Positions 26,395-38,902 of a stretch of 64,000 bases of DNA are shown piece after piece (position 1 is the first letter of the stretch; each line of letters opens with the position of its first letter). The stretch lies in assembly GCA_964106645.2 (NCBI GenBank), contig OZ067054.1; one strand, written 5' to 3'. The notes below the pieces were generated by a model, which saw only the letters and a list, made by a program, of their open reading frames with translations, had not been told where the DNA came from and searched no databases. A program made the translations under genes and the position numbers. This DNA is from Podarcis pityusensis (Eukaryota).

Positions 26395-28799
26395 GTAAGT
26401 TTTATATCCAGATTTGTTTATGTGCACTGAGAGTTGATTTAATTTCTTTATTAAATACCATATCTAGAGAAAACTTGACAATATTTAACGGCACTTGTAA
26501 TATTGCAACAAACATTTTAAAATAGGTGTATTTCTGGTTGTGTATGAACCAACATGTCTATCATTTATATATGTGTTAGTAGAGACCCAGTTTGTGAGCA
26601 TCCTGGAAGCCTAATTGGTTGGGTGGGGGGATGAAAGGAGAAACACTCAAATCCTTCTCTCTCCCCCACCCCTAACCTAGTCTTGGGGGACAGAAGAAGG
26701 GCTCAAAGCAGTCATTGGCAACAGTTATTTAGGAATTATGTGCTCAAATGACTTGCTTCATTCCTTTGTTTCCTTTTCTCTCCATCTAAAATTCACCCCA
26801 CCTTCTCCCCTACAGGATTCTGTGCAGGAGCAGGTCTATACTTGCATCAAATAGGCAGCCTTGATTTCAAGGCTATTTGCCAGCAAGTCAGATTAAGTGT
26901 ATCATTTTTTACCTATAAAAGCCCTTAACAGTTTGGGACTTGTTTATGTACGGAAATGCCACTGCCTAAGATGCTCTGCTGGAGAGGCCATGCTGGTGGT
27001 TCCAAATGGAAAATAAATACGTGGGTTACTTAGACTGATGCCAACAGTGTATAGCTTCTTGTAGCAGCTGAAAAACAGCCTTTTTGTTCAGTTTTCTTCA
27101 GTAAAGTAGTCATAATGATCTGTATAGTGTAAATTCACTGATAGTTGAACACCATATGTTTGATACACTCTGCCATTGCGTCTTGCAACAAAGAGTGGGA
27201 TGTAAATTGAAAAAAACAAATAAACATGTTTTCAAAATAGAGGGTTTTACCTCTAATAGCTACCTATTTTGGGGGCCTCATCAGAAATGAAAATCCCCCC
27301 AATTTTTTTTTATTAATTTTCCAAATTATTACAAATCAAACCAAATTAATTTAATACAGTTTCTTAAAATAAAGTTTCCCGCTCCGGTTCTGAACATAAG
27401 ATCATCATCCTTGCATAGGCACATCATTTCTTTTTTAAAGCGCAGTCGACGTCCTTCACTTGCCGTTAAACCATTCTTCCAGCTGGCCATTTTTCCACCA
27501 TACAAACAGCGCCTTCATTAAGTAATCCATTTCACGGGTGTAGTCCTTCATGTACATTGTTGTTCCAGACCTGGTGTGCTGGGAGAGTTCATTACTATCT
27601 TCCATTATTCAGTTCTTTGCAGTGTTTATCTGGATGGTACAAGCTCACATTCCATTTCTTCCACAGTTTACCAACTAGTATATGAGCTGCAGCCATAAAC
27701 AACTCACAGAATTCATATCCAAACTCCGCCATTAATTGTGTGTTTTAATTATTTGTGTATTTTTTGTTTTGATCTGATTTTTTAATTACTATATTGCTTA
27801 ATCTATTAAAAAAATTCTCTAAGCAGAGTACAAAAAACCCCGAAGCAACAACAGACAACTTAAAACAAAATATTACCAAAATACACAGTTACATACATAT
27901 AAAATTTATTATATTAATGCATAGTTACTAATTTATCTCAATATCAGTTTATTTCCCTTTGGATACAGTTTCCCTCCCATCCTCTGGGTTCTCACCCAGG
28001 GTGCAAAGAAACACAGCTCACTCACAAACTTCTAACAATGAGAAGAGATCCTGGAAACAGTGGATCCAATTCTCTCAGTCTAGGTTTGCTTTTTATGGGC
28101 AGACCAACCAAAGGTGAATGGTACCTTCCTTAGGCTGCCCACAGCTAGGTCCCATTTCAACTGTACTATCCACACTCAGGTCGAGGTCCAGCAGGTTTAT
28201 TTAGTTTCCCAGAGGGTCTCCTCCTAATAGTAAAACTTCAGAATCTACTGGGAAGCAATGTCCATTGATGTATTCCTGAGCCTACACATGTGAAGATCAA
28301 AGCTGCAAATACTAGCTCAGCTCAGGTTTCTTTCCATAATGCTCAGGCCAAAAATACAGATGCTGTTCTTTAGAATCTTCAGAAGGAGGGTCTCTTTGCT
28401 TAAGAATTATTTTAGTATTTCACTAGCAGATTCCAAGCACAGATAGTTAGACTCAAACTCCATTGAAATTGTTGACCCTCCTCTCCCACAACAACATACA
28501 CTTTGATTTAATGTTTGCTACTATATAGTGTTTAGCTATTCATAATGTTGGGATTTACTTTTTACAAAAATTCAGTCATAGAAAATTGTGATTTTTGCCT
28601 CAGTTGCATCTGGTAACACAATGACACATGCACTTAGGAAAAAGGTTGCATGTGGAGTGTATTCTGTTTCAGATGAAGCTTACTGACATTTATATCAATG
28701 TTTTTATTATATTACATTTTTCCAGTGGTGGCAATCCTGGTTTTTCCCAGCATTGTTTTATTTATTACATCTATATTGTGCCTTACTTCCAAGATGGAA

Positions 28800-28883
28800 A
28801 TCAAGGTGGTGCTTGTACATGGGGTTCTGAGGCAGTCTGCCATTCAGGTATTGTCCAGAACCAGACTTGCTTGGCTTCAGCAT
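28800..28883 (-). mobile_element. 5S rRNA-derived SINE remnant
   Basis: reverse complement GAAGCCAAGCAAGTCTGGTTCTGGACAATACCTGAATGGCAGACTGCC resembles the 5S internal control region GAAGCTAAGCAGGGTCGGGCCTGGTTAGTACTTGGATGGGAGACCGCC. Confidence 0.5.
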
Positions 28884-29124
28884 CCTGCCCATATTCTGGG
28901 ACCCAGAAGAGTATTCCTTTTAGGCCTAATCTGACAGAGATGATAACCTATGCCTGGTTCATACCACTTCAGACTCCAAGATGGGTTTCACATGATTTAA
29001 AGTTGCTCTGTACAAAAACAAAAACCTGTAGAAAACATGAAGAAAACTAGCACATCTGAGAAATCACTTCTACCTGATATGGTACCCATCTACACGTGGA
29101 TAGTTTTTTGTACAGAGAAACATA

Positions 29125-29479
29125 CAGTGGTGCCTCGCAAGACGAAATTAATTCGTTCCGCGAGTTTTGTCGTCTTGCGTTTTTTTTCGTCTTGCGAAGC
29201 ACGGTGTCGGGAAAGTTTTGGAAAAGCTTCAAAAATCACCAAAGTCTTTAAAAACCTCAAAAAAGGCTACCACACCGCGTTCTATGAGTTGCTCCTCGAA
29301 GTCAAGTCGCAACTGTATTAACGGTGTTAAGAAAAAGGAAACAAACTTGCAAGACGTTTCCATCTTGCGAAGCAAGCCCATAGGGAAAATCGTCTTGCGA
29401 AGCAGCTCAAAAAACAAAAAACCCTTTCGTCTAGCGAGTTTTTTGTCTTGCGAGGCATTCGTCTTGCGAGGTACCACTG
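29125..29479. mobile_element. Tigger/pogo-like MITE
   Basis: TA|CAGTGGTGCCTCGCAAGACG...CGTCTTGCGAGGTACCACTG|TA; CpG-rich, so probably young. Confidence 0.9.
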
Positions 29480-31366
29480 TACAATGTTTCAGACAAGACA
29501 CAGATTGACGCCTCAGTGAGAATTAGGTTTAGGAGGCTGCAGATTAAAAAACATAAATAGCAATATTTACCTGTAAAGAGTAAGATATTTGTGGCATAGT
29601 ATCTCTTAAAACAAACTATTTTATGTGAATTAGCAGTGTTCCTCCACTTCTGCCATCGACAAATCACAAGCCTGCCTTCAGACGACACAACAAGCCAGAC
29701 TGGCTTATTCTGTCTGTCGCACCATAGCAAAGGAGTGGAACACCATGGCGACCCATTCACATTAAACCATAGTTTGCTTTTAACTATGGTTTACTGTTCC
29801 CGGCAACCAGGCCAGTGTCTAGCCCCTGAAAGCAGACACTGGGAAATTAAACTGCAAGCTGTTCTGTGTGATGAAACAATATTTGTCTCTTTTTGATTTC
29901 ATGAATCTAGCTATGGTTTGTTTAGGCATAAGCTGTTTTCTACAATCAGAGTAATGTTTACACCCTCTTCTTCAGCTCTGTACCATCAGGAGGAATTCTG
30001 AAGCATGCTTCAGGTGAACGATAAAGCAGTAAGCAATGTGTTAAGAGTTGTTTTTAAGAGCCATTAGTAAAGAAAATGAAATGAACCTTCTCAGTAGCAT
30101 CATAATATTATGTATTCTTTGCCAAACACTTATTCAGTTCTTTTTACTGCTGCGATATATAAGATATCAAGGGCGTTTGGTTGAAGAAATCCCATGAGAA
30201 CATACTTGATGCTGATAAATTATCACTGGAAAGAACTGCGAAGGTCAAGGCATGTGGTCCTAATATCCTAACAAAGCTAGATGCATAAGCATAGCTTGGT
30301 AGCAAATCATGACTTCTGAGTCTGTTGACTTTTCTTTTCTTTTCTTTTTTCTTGGTGGTGATGATGATGATGGGTTAGCAAGTGATGTGTTTCAGAAGCT
30401 CAATGGGCTAAAGTACCACTCAAATTATGTACACTTTTGTGCACTGATATTTTTATCTTACAGTTAGATTTTATTATAGAAGTGTTTAAGTCTCCCTTTT
30501 CACTATACTGCCTATAAGTCAGGTTTGCCAAATACATATTTGTATTGATCCAGAAACTTCTGTGCCAGAGTTGCAGTCCTGTATCGTTTCTATATCTGAC
30601 AAGTGACCTGATTTGGTTGAGTGAACAGTAGATCTTGGCAGTGCCTCAGGAAAAGATGATAGAAACCTAAAGATGAATAATTGTGGAATAATCTTTTTCA
30701 CTTGGACTTATAGTATAGTAGAACCAGCACTATTAACTAAGTTTAAGGGGTTGAAATCCCCTTTCTCGGAATCCTCTTCTCCTATTTCACAAGTTCTCCT
30801 TACCTGCAGTAGGTTCTGAAGTTAGATTCCAAGCACAAATAGGTTAACATTAGCCAGGCAACACCCATAATCCTAAACCAAGGAAAGAGAGATCAAAGGG
30901 AATTTGCATGTGAGAGAAGGGGCTGCTTGGTCCATTCTGTGGTTTCATCTCCACCCTTAAGCACAAGTACATGGCCATGCTAGCATTGCATCTATATTGG
31001 TCTTAAATATTATTTCTATCCTCTCTCTTTGCCCCTTACTTTACTATGGCCTGTTATAGGAATTTGTAAGTACTTGGAAATCTGTTAAACTTACAGACTT
31101 TGTTATCTTATGATAATATGACAAATGGGTTTTGTAGTGTTCTTCGTATTTCTACTCAGAAAAAGTCCTGTTGAGTTCAGTAGGACTTACTATTAGATAA
31201 GTAAAGCAGCCTTAGAAGACCAAACCTATATGGGTGATGATCAGCTATGTCATACTTAGAATAGGTCTGTTAAAAATTATGACGTCAGTTGGGGTAACTT
31301 AAGTACCTTGAATTTGCTGGGTCTGCTATGAATACTGTAACACACACACAAACACACACCATATGT

Positions 31367-31398
31367 GAATGAATGAATGAATGAATGAATGAATGAAT
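31367..31398. repeat. (GAAT)n microsatellite
   Basis: direct reading. Confidence 0.85.
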
Positions 31399-32859
31399 GT
31401 AGCACAGACAAATGAATATGCAACAAATATTAAAGATGAAACTGAGTCCCATTGAACTCAAGATGACTTTCTTCTGAGTAGACAAGCCTAAGATTGCACT
31501 TGAAAAATCCCTTCCTCAGCTAAGTTTCTCACCTTTGTCTAGTGATCTGTTATCGTTCCACTTCATCTTCATTATGAGGTGGATTAAATTGATGTATCTA
31601 GTAGCATAATAATAATTAATAGCCCTTAATGCTGTTATCGATTACTTATAAAACATTATAAATCATTCATGTATGCTTCATAATTCATTAATCATTTTTT
31701 AGTTCATAAGATGTGAACTAAAGATGTAGGTTGCTGCAATGGATTCAGCTCCTGATCTCTATAGGTCAGGTTGAGGGGTAGAGTGTCAGGCAGGAAGGAG
31801 AGACAGGCATCAGCAAGGAGGAGGCCACAGCACTGTGAAAAGGAGAGAAGTGCCAGGTGGCTGCATGTTTGCTAGAGAAGGTCTATGGCAGGGGTGCCCT
31901 TGCCAGGTCTCGCTTTTCCTGTCACTGGCAGGCCTCTCCTTCCAGTTTTGTCCCCTTAAAGATGCGATCCTGTGCAGTGCTGGTGCACTCATCCCCTGAC
32001 CTTTTAAAAACCCTGTTCTAACTTTATATTTACATAGGAATTGCTTTGGGGTGGATGTGTTGCTTCCAGGGTGGCATAGGGCAAATCAGCCCAATTTGGG
32101 GTCCACAAAAGTGTCAGGAGGTCCACTCACAGCCTGACTTATTTTCTTTCTGCTGACTGCGTTTTAAAATTGTATTAGCCAACACATTTCAATATTTATT
32201 TAATAATTTTTATAGTCTGTTTTGCATGCGCACATTCTTGACAACTCAAGAGAAAAGGAAAAGATAGATCCTCCTCCCTTGCTTTGCTTTTCAGTTCCCA
32301 AAATTTTTGTGATGTTAATAGAGTATACTTGAAATTCTGTTGCAGTAGGTTTGTTCCAGTTCATTTGCAGTTATTGCATTGTGGTGAGAGAAAACCTTAG
32401 TGTTTTGTTAGTGTATGCTTTTACTAGGAGAATGTGGGAATGCTCTTTATACATGAAAAATTACATTTTTTCCTGAACAATTGATAGCAACTAACCCATT
32501 AATACTTAGCAAACTGCTGTATTCATCCCAGTTGCTGAACAAATTTGTCTTGTGCTTCGATTCCCCCCCCCCCCCAAGTTTATGTGTGGTATCCATTAGG
32601 GGGTCTTCCACTGATAGGAGGCATCCTTCAGTGGAATGGGGAAGGAGACTATTTTCAGTAATTCCCCCTTCTCCAAAATCTGATCTGGAGGTTTGAGGGA
32701 CCTTTGAGAGCAGATTGGAGAGCTATGGGGGCAGGGGAAGAATGTCTGAAAATTGTCTTCCTCCTCAGTGGAAAAACACCAATGGGATATTATTACCTTA
32801 TGTGGTTACAGATTCCTTAAAATGTCTGAGGAAAGGTAGCAAACCATTGAGGGAGTACA

Positions 32860-33055
32860 AGTCTGTTCCACTTCCAAAACGTTTGGAAACAATGACGCAG
32901 CTTCTGATTGGCTGCAGGAAGCTCCTGCAGCCAATTGGGAGCTGTGTAAGCTGTGCCAGACGTTCGGGTTCCAAAGAACGTTCATAAACCAGAATACTCA
33001 CTTCTGGGTTTGCGGGGTTCGGGAGCCAAAACGTATGAGTGCCAAGGTACGACTG
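32860..33055. mobile_element. Truncated Tigger-like MITE
   Basis: right end CCAAGGTACGACTG|TA; internal palindrome gattggctgcagga..tcctgcagccaat. Confidence 0.6.
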
Positions 33056-33655
33056 TAGTTGAACAGGGTATGTCAGAATAACTTGCCAAACATCATCAGG
33101 GTGAGTCCAACAGACCCTTGTGATCTGTTGATTTCTGTTTTGGAGAGGAGATGATAGAAGGCAGCATTTGCCAACTTAGTGCCCTCCAGATGTATTGTGC
33201 TACAATTTCCAGCAAGCCCAGCAAGAGCCAGGTTGGCGAAGACAAATGAATGTGCTAAACTGTCTTACAATGTATCATAATTGAAGAATCCTTTTTAGAA
33301 AATAAAATCATTGACAGACTCTAACTTTGGGTTGGGGAAAACACTTTATGGAGAACAATCTCCTCATCTGTGTACCTCGTCAACCTCTTTTCCAGACAAA
33401 CAAACTTAAATCTGTGCTACTAAAAAGTTGTTTATAGCAGCCAATATTATGTGTTGTAATATATATGTATACTTCCCATACTCATATACTGATAAAGATA
33501 TGACCTAAAAATCTGTGGCATCAGCAGATCAAACGCTGACCTGTTTTTATATGTGAGGCAATTGTTAACTTTGTTAACAACAATTAATTTTTTACTAGTA
33601 TATTTGAATTTTTGCAGTCCTGACATTTTAAAGAGTAATTAATCTCCTCATATAG

Positions 33656-33762
33656 GATCGAGGTGATGAATTTACTTACACTGGGAGCGGTGGAAGAGAT
33701 CTGTCCGGCAATAAAAGGATTGGAGAACATTCATTTGATCAAACTTTGACACACATGAACAG
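33656..33762 (+). CDS. UHRF2: UHRF2 exon 10 (SRA, NKR finger)
   Basis: tag|GAT..AG|gtaagc; [36 protein letters not shown]. Confidence 0.95.
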
Positions 33763-34057
33763 GTAAGCTGTGCCACATTCTTACATTAAAAGGAGAAAAT
33801 AAGTTGTCTCTCCCGCAACTATGCGCTGAATGTTGTCATGAACTATTCATACATTTTCCCCCTCTAGAATAGAGAAAACACTCCAGTGAACCTGTTTATT
33901 TGCTGAAATTTGATTATTAATCTAGATATTCTGTGATTCTCCAGTGGTTTCACTTCACCCCCAGAAATGCACTCCATTGTTTTTTGAGACAGACATATTC
34001 CTCCATCTTTTTAAAATTGGATTGCATTAATTGCTTATTTATTTTTCTTTACTAATA

Positions 34058-34246
34058 CAGGCAACTCCCAATTTGGTGCAGGGGTTGCGTTTCTGGCCCT
34101 CGTGTGCATCAATGGAGCACTCATAAGGCCACCCTGTTATGCCCCATTCTGTTCCGCCCCCATTTTGCCCTCTTCCGGGTCCAAAAAGGACCCATGCGTC
34201 AATGGATCATGCGTCAATTGAGCATGCACAAAATGCTCACCCCCTG
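34058..34246. mobile_element. Degenerate Tc1/mariner-type MITE
   Basis: TA|CAGG...CCTG|TA ends; internal gcgtcaat repeats. Confidence 0.5.
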
Positions 34247-34505
34247 TATGCTATTTTAATATGGTTTTGTTGGTTTAAATGTTACTTTTTAATTCTTAGT
34301 TACATTTGTGAGCCACTATGAGCTCAGCTTTATTGTTGACAAAGTGGCATATAAATACTAAAACAAATCAGAATCAAATCCTAAGCATATTTACTTGGGA
34401 GCAAGCAGATTCTAGATTTTTTTTAAATGTTCATTGACTATTAATAATGAAATTTACATGGGAAAGTATTTGGTTTGCATGGGAATGTTTTCGTATGCCT
34501 TAGAG

Positions 34506-34690
34506 CAGGGGTAGTCAACCTTTTTATACCTACCGCCACTAATGCATCTTTCTTGATGGTAAAATTTCCTTACTGCCCACCAGTGCTCAATGGAAGGAGG
34601 ATTATATTTGTGCCGTAGAACCCCCTACCGCCCACCTAGAATCCTGAAACACCCACTAGTGGGTGGTAGGGACCAGATTGACAACCCCTG
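34506..34690. mobile_element. hAT MITE
   Basis: TIRs CAGGGGTAGTCAACCT / AGATTGACAACCCCTG; perfect 8-bp TSD CCTTAGAG. Confidence 0.88.
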
Positions 34691-35057
34691 CCTTAGAGGG
34701 TAATTTAACTTAGTCTGTATATGTTACTTGTATCTGCTTTTGGATTATATTCAGTGTAGCATTAAGCAGTTCCATCAGCACAACAATTTTTTTCTCGTGC
34801 AATGGAATGTTTTCCTTCTTGCCCTGGTGTGTCCCTTATATCTGTTTTGCACACACCCCAAACCCTCCGGGTGCATGCAGGGGGAAATCCTGTTGTGTCG
34901 GCATTATATCAATAATTCTTAACTTCAGGTTGAATAAAACGCTTTATCTTCTGCCTGCCATGGAAAATTAAATTCAAATAGCTGAGTAAGATATTTGCTT
35001 GTGCTCTTAATATTTGAGGAAGCATTATCTCTCTTTTTTTGTTGTTTTTATTTTCAG

Positions 35058-35220
35058 GGCACTGGCGCTAAATTGTGATGCCCCCCTGGATGATAAAAAT
35101 GGAGCCGAGTCTAAAAACTGGAGAGCTGGCAAGCCAGTCCGAGTGGTTCGTAGCTCAAAGGGCCGAAGGATCAGCAAATATGCCCCTGAAGAAGGCAACA
35201 GATACGATGGCATTTATAAA
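35058..35220 (+). CDS. UHRF2: UHRF2 exon 11 (SRA)
   Basis: cag|G..AAA|gtgcgt; [32 protein letters not shown]...GNRYDGIYK. Confidence 0.95.
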
Positions 35221-35432
35221 GTGCGTATTTTCCTAATTTAACGTTTCTTGCATTTAAAAGAGCAAAGCCTTTTGAGTTTTAGGGGAAATTATCTTGGGTT
35301 GCCCCTTCATGGAACACTACCTTGCTTAAGGATTGTATATGGTGTACATCCTGGACTTGATTCGTATATTAGGAAGTAACCAGTTCGTTGCAAACATTAC
35401 CATTCAGCCTGTTGTGCGCTTTATGTTGTAAC

Positions 35433-35702
35433 TGTCGTGGTGAAGGGGCTTAAATAACCCCAAGAAGTTATGAACTATGCTGTGCAGGGCCACCCAAGAC
35501 GGACAGGTCATAGCTGAGAGTTTAGACTAAATGTGATCCACCTGGAGAAGGAACTGGCAAACCACTCCAGTATTTTGCCAAGAAAACTCCATGGACATAA
35601 AAAAGGAGAAGCTTTGAGAAGAAAGTGGGAGTTTCCAAGCTATGCTCTGGTTGACGGGGTCATGGAGAGTTGAACACGACTAAGACGACTAAACAACAAC
35701 AA
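35433..35702 (+). mobile_element. Short BovB (RTE)-derived element: 5'-region motif fused to 3' tail
   Basis: cctggagaaggaactggcaaaccactccagtattttgcc (BovB/Bov-A motif) and 3' end ggggtcatggagagttgaacacgactaagacgactaaacaacaac. Confidence 0.7.
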
Positions 35703-36110
35703 ATCTTGGGTTGCACAACTGGCTTTCCTGTCTCTTCCCCCTGCCTCAACTTCTGCACCTCCTTGTATTCCCTGGAAAGCCTCTCCAGGGAGTCAGGAAA
35801 TCTTCCTGAAAAATTTGTCCTCTTATTGGCCCACAGGGCACATATAGCAGTTAAGCTGTTGATGCACATTAGGCATGTTTTATCTTTACAACTCCATTGC
35901 TGTCTCAGGAAGTCTCATACAGGATAGTGCAGATTATGCATCAACTTGCATTTTCAGAAAGCACCATTTTATCTTAAAACTGATGAACACATAGAGCTGA
36001 AAGTTATTAAACTTATTATAATAAATGGGGGGAGTGGGGGGATTTAATCGGACAGGCCTTCAGACTATGGAAGATAAAACATAACAGTGATAGGGACTTT
36101 TATCATTTAG

Positions 36111-36248
36111 GTGGTGAAATACTGGCCTGAAATTGGAAAGTGTGGATTCTTAGTTTGGCGCTATCTTCTGAGAAGAGATGATGCTGAACCTGCCCCATGG
36201 ACCTCAGAAGGAATGGAAAGGTCAAAGAAATTGGGCTTGAGTGTACAG
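36111..36248 (+). CDS. UHRF2: UHRF2 exon 12 (SRA end)
   Basis: tag|GTG..CAG|gttaga; [34 protein letters not shown]...LGLSVQ. Confidence 0.94.
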
Positions 36249-36856
36249 GTTAGAACATCAAGTTACCGTAGTTCTAAAAAAGTTTTTTTGAAACATAACT
36301 GTTCCAACATCTATGTTAGAGAAACTCCGCACTCTCCTGAAAATCTCTGGTAGCCAGCTTCATTAAGATCAGCTTTGAAGATGTTAAGGTAGCTAGTTAA
36401 AACAAGATGATTTATACTTTCTTCTCTAATCTTTATTGAACAGGTTTTAGAAGCCTGAAATAGGCCCATACCTTATTTCATATTGCATGTGATCAAGTGT
36501 GTAGTCATGTTCATATCATTTGTTCACATTTGGATTCCTAGACAGGTTGATAAAATTTAAGAAATGGTAAACAGCTGCCATTCCTCTAATAAAAGTCAAA
36601 AGCAAAAGAGTTAGCTACAGCCCAGAGGTCTATCAGTCTGTTTTTTGTCCCAGGGTAGGAATCAAAGAGCAAGGTCCAGCTTATGCCCTTGTGGCAGATC
36701 TTTTTTGTAAGTCATTTGCACAGGTGCCTGCTCCTTATATTCTGTGCCCTAATTTTAAGTTCGTTTGCTTTTAAAAATGATGTCATTATGGACATTGTTG
36801 TTTTAACGTGAATGCTGTTTAAGATACTTTTCAGAGCTGATGCTCTTCTTTTGCAG

Positions 36857-36980
36857 TATCCAGAAGGCTATTTGGAAGCTATGGCGAGTAAAGAAAAGAA
36901 GGATAAAGTAAAAAAGCAACCTACGAAACAGGAGCCAACAGAACAGAGCAACGGAAATCAGAAAAGACTGATTGATGATG
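36857..36980 (+). CDS. UHRF2: UHRF2 exon 13
   Basis: cag|TAT..G|gtatgg; YPEGYLEAMASKEKKDKVKKQPTKQEP...KRLIDD. Confidence 0.88.
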
Positions 36981-37204
36981 GTATGGTAGCAGGAGGAAGG
37001 GGAATTAACTTACTAGGCTCTCTGTTTTCAAAGGAGTAAGGGCTAGTGGCCAAGCATCATTGCTTATTCCTCCATCTACTTCATTGGCATCAGTTTATTG
37101 GTGAGCCAAGGAGGTGGTTGAGCTCTGTTCAGAGAAAGAAGGCATTTAGGAGTGGTCATGTCAGCAGTCTGAACATCTCATGCTGCAAGTTAACACTAAA
37201 TGGA

Positions 37205-37553
37205 ACACCAGGTCATCTTCCAAAATATAAATTTGCCAGAAAAGGGTTCAGAGGGTGGCAACATGAGAACGGGCCTTCTCTGTGGTGGCTCCCCATTTGT
37301 GGAATGCTCTCCCCTGGGGATGTTTGCCTGGCACCTTCATTATATATTTTTAGGTGCCAGGAAAAACATTCCTCTTCCGTCAGGCCTTTGGCTGATTATC
37401 CTACAGCCTTTTAAATGTGTCTGTGGCAAGGGTGTTGTGTTATTGTTTTGCTGTTTTGTTTTAATTATTTACTTGTGTTTTTATCTTGTATTTTAGTCTA
37501 TGAACCACCCTGAGATATGAAGGGCAGTGTATAAATCGAATTAATAATAATAA
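37205..37553 (+). mobile_element. L2-like LINE 3' fragment
   Basis: gggccttctctgtggtggctccccatttgtggaatgctctccc (RAFSVVAPxLWNxLP) and (AAT)n tail. Confidence 0.7.
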
Positions 37554-38336
37554 AAGCTAGAAGCTGGAAAAAAATGTTGTAGTGTTCTACTGTTAGGTTC
37601 CCAGACAGCCACTCCCTCTCCATAATACTCCAGCTGGTTTTCTGTCTCTCTCCCCACCGCCTTCAAATAATCAGTTAGCATTCTGTTCCCTCTGAGAAGA
37701 CCCATTCCTTGTTGGCCTATGTAGGAATTCAGAGTTTTTTCTGAATATTTCCCCCCTATAGAACCTGGGGCTCCCCCAAACCTGCAGATGCCTCCATCTT
37801 TTGTGTGGATGGTACCATTTTGGCATCATAAGGATGCACACCTGGGTTCCTATGGGTCTATGATCTATGTTTGTGTGACAGGGAGTGCTGTAGTCTCGCT
37901 TTGATTTTTATGTGGTGCACCTGAAAGCAGTCCCACATGAAACCGTGCAGCCTCTGAAAGAAAAGCTGCTTGCTGCAGCCCCATCTTTCAGACACATTGA
38001 CTTCAAATTGGGACAGCTGGTGTTCATTGCCTAACACAATGGTTCATAGCAGCCAAAATTTGTCTTAATGGGACCTGCTTGAGTTTGGCCTCAGAAAAAG
38101 TACATTGTAAGGGGGGGGGGGGATAGGGTAGATATTTTGCCAGAATGTAGGTGCCAAATATGAAGCTGAAGAAAAAAATAAAGTGAACATTGTACAGTCT
38201 AAAATAAATCTAGTTTGCTTTGATAGACATATATATATATCATTGCATTTTCCAGAATACAGCTGAATGGGAAGAATTTTTATCATTTCCTCACTAGGCC
38301 ACCCCAGGATTATAATGCTTTTTCATTATTTTTCAG

Positions 38337-38515
38337 AAGGAATTGAAGAACCTACAAATGTGGCCAAAGTCATGAAGATGGAAGATGGAGGGAAAGGAGA
38401 CGGCGGCAAAGGAGAAGCTTTCCAGCTCACTCAGCAACAGCAGTGGTTGATTCAAGAAGATTCACCAAACCAGAAGCTGTGGGATGAAGTTCTCGCTTCT
38501 CTTAAGGAAGGACCA
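38337..38515 (+). CDS. UHRF2: UHRF2 exon 14 (alternative start 38340, NAGNAG)
   Basis: cag|AA..CCA|gtatgt; ...FQLTQQQQWLIQEDSPNQKLWDEVLASLKEGP. Confidence 0.87.
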
Positions 38516-38803
38516 GTATGTTTTCTTAGAGTAACTCACATTCTGCATTTTAACCTTTCTTGCAGTGACAAGGGATCGATATGTATAACACATTTATTGA
38601 AGTAGAAGGTATTGTTTGTGCTTAGTTTAACCACATAACATTCTGCTCTTTGTAGAATGTGGGAGTTACTTTACAGGAATAAGACCTTTTTATGAAGAGG
38701 TGATTTATTTTAAACAACTAAGATAAGATGAAGGATTTGCTTGATGCACGCAGCCTAGAATTTCATTGTCAGTGTAACTTACTTTTCTCTTATCTTGCCA
38801 TAG

Positions 38804-38902
38804 AACTTTTTGAAGAAACTGGAACAATCTTTTATGTGTGTCTGCTGCCAGGAGCTGGTATACCAACCGGTGACCACAGAGTGCCTCCACAATGTCTGTA
38901 AA
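38804..38902 (+). CDS. UHRF2: UHRF2 exon 15 (RING N-part)
   Basis: tag|AAC..AAA|gtaagt; NFLKKLEQSFMCVCCQELVYQPVTTECLHNVCK. Confidence 0.94.

Noticed and set aside
27300-27990. Reverse-oriented L1 3' UTR fragments
   Set aside because: T-rich start and composition are suggestive, but I could not identify coding motifs or boundaries.
28628-29896. Cluster of 80-140 aa ORFs in UHRF2 intron 9
   Set aside because: They overlap a MITE and a SINE remnant, show no recognisable domain, and have no consistent splice structure.
30361-30447. C/D box snoRNA (ATGATGA...CTGA, about 85 nt)
   Set aside because: The C box comes from a (GAT)n run, the terminal stem is weak, and I see no convincing D'/C' pair or recognisable rRNA guide.
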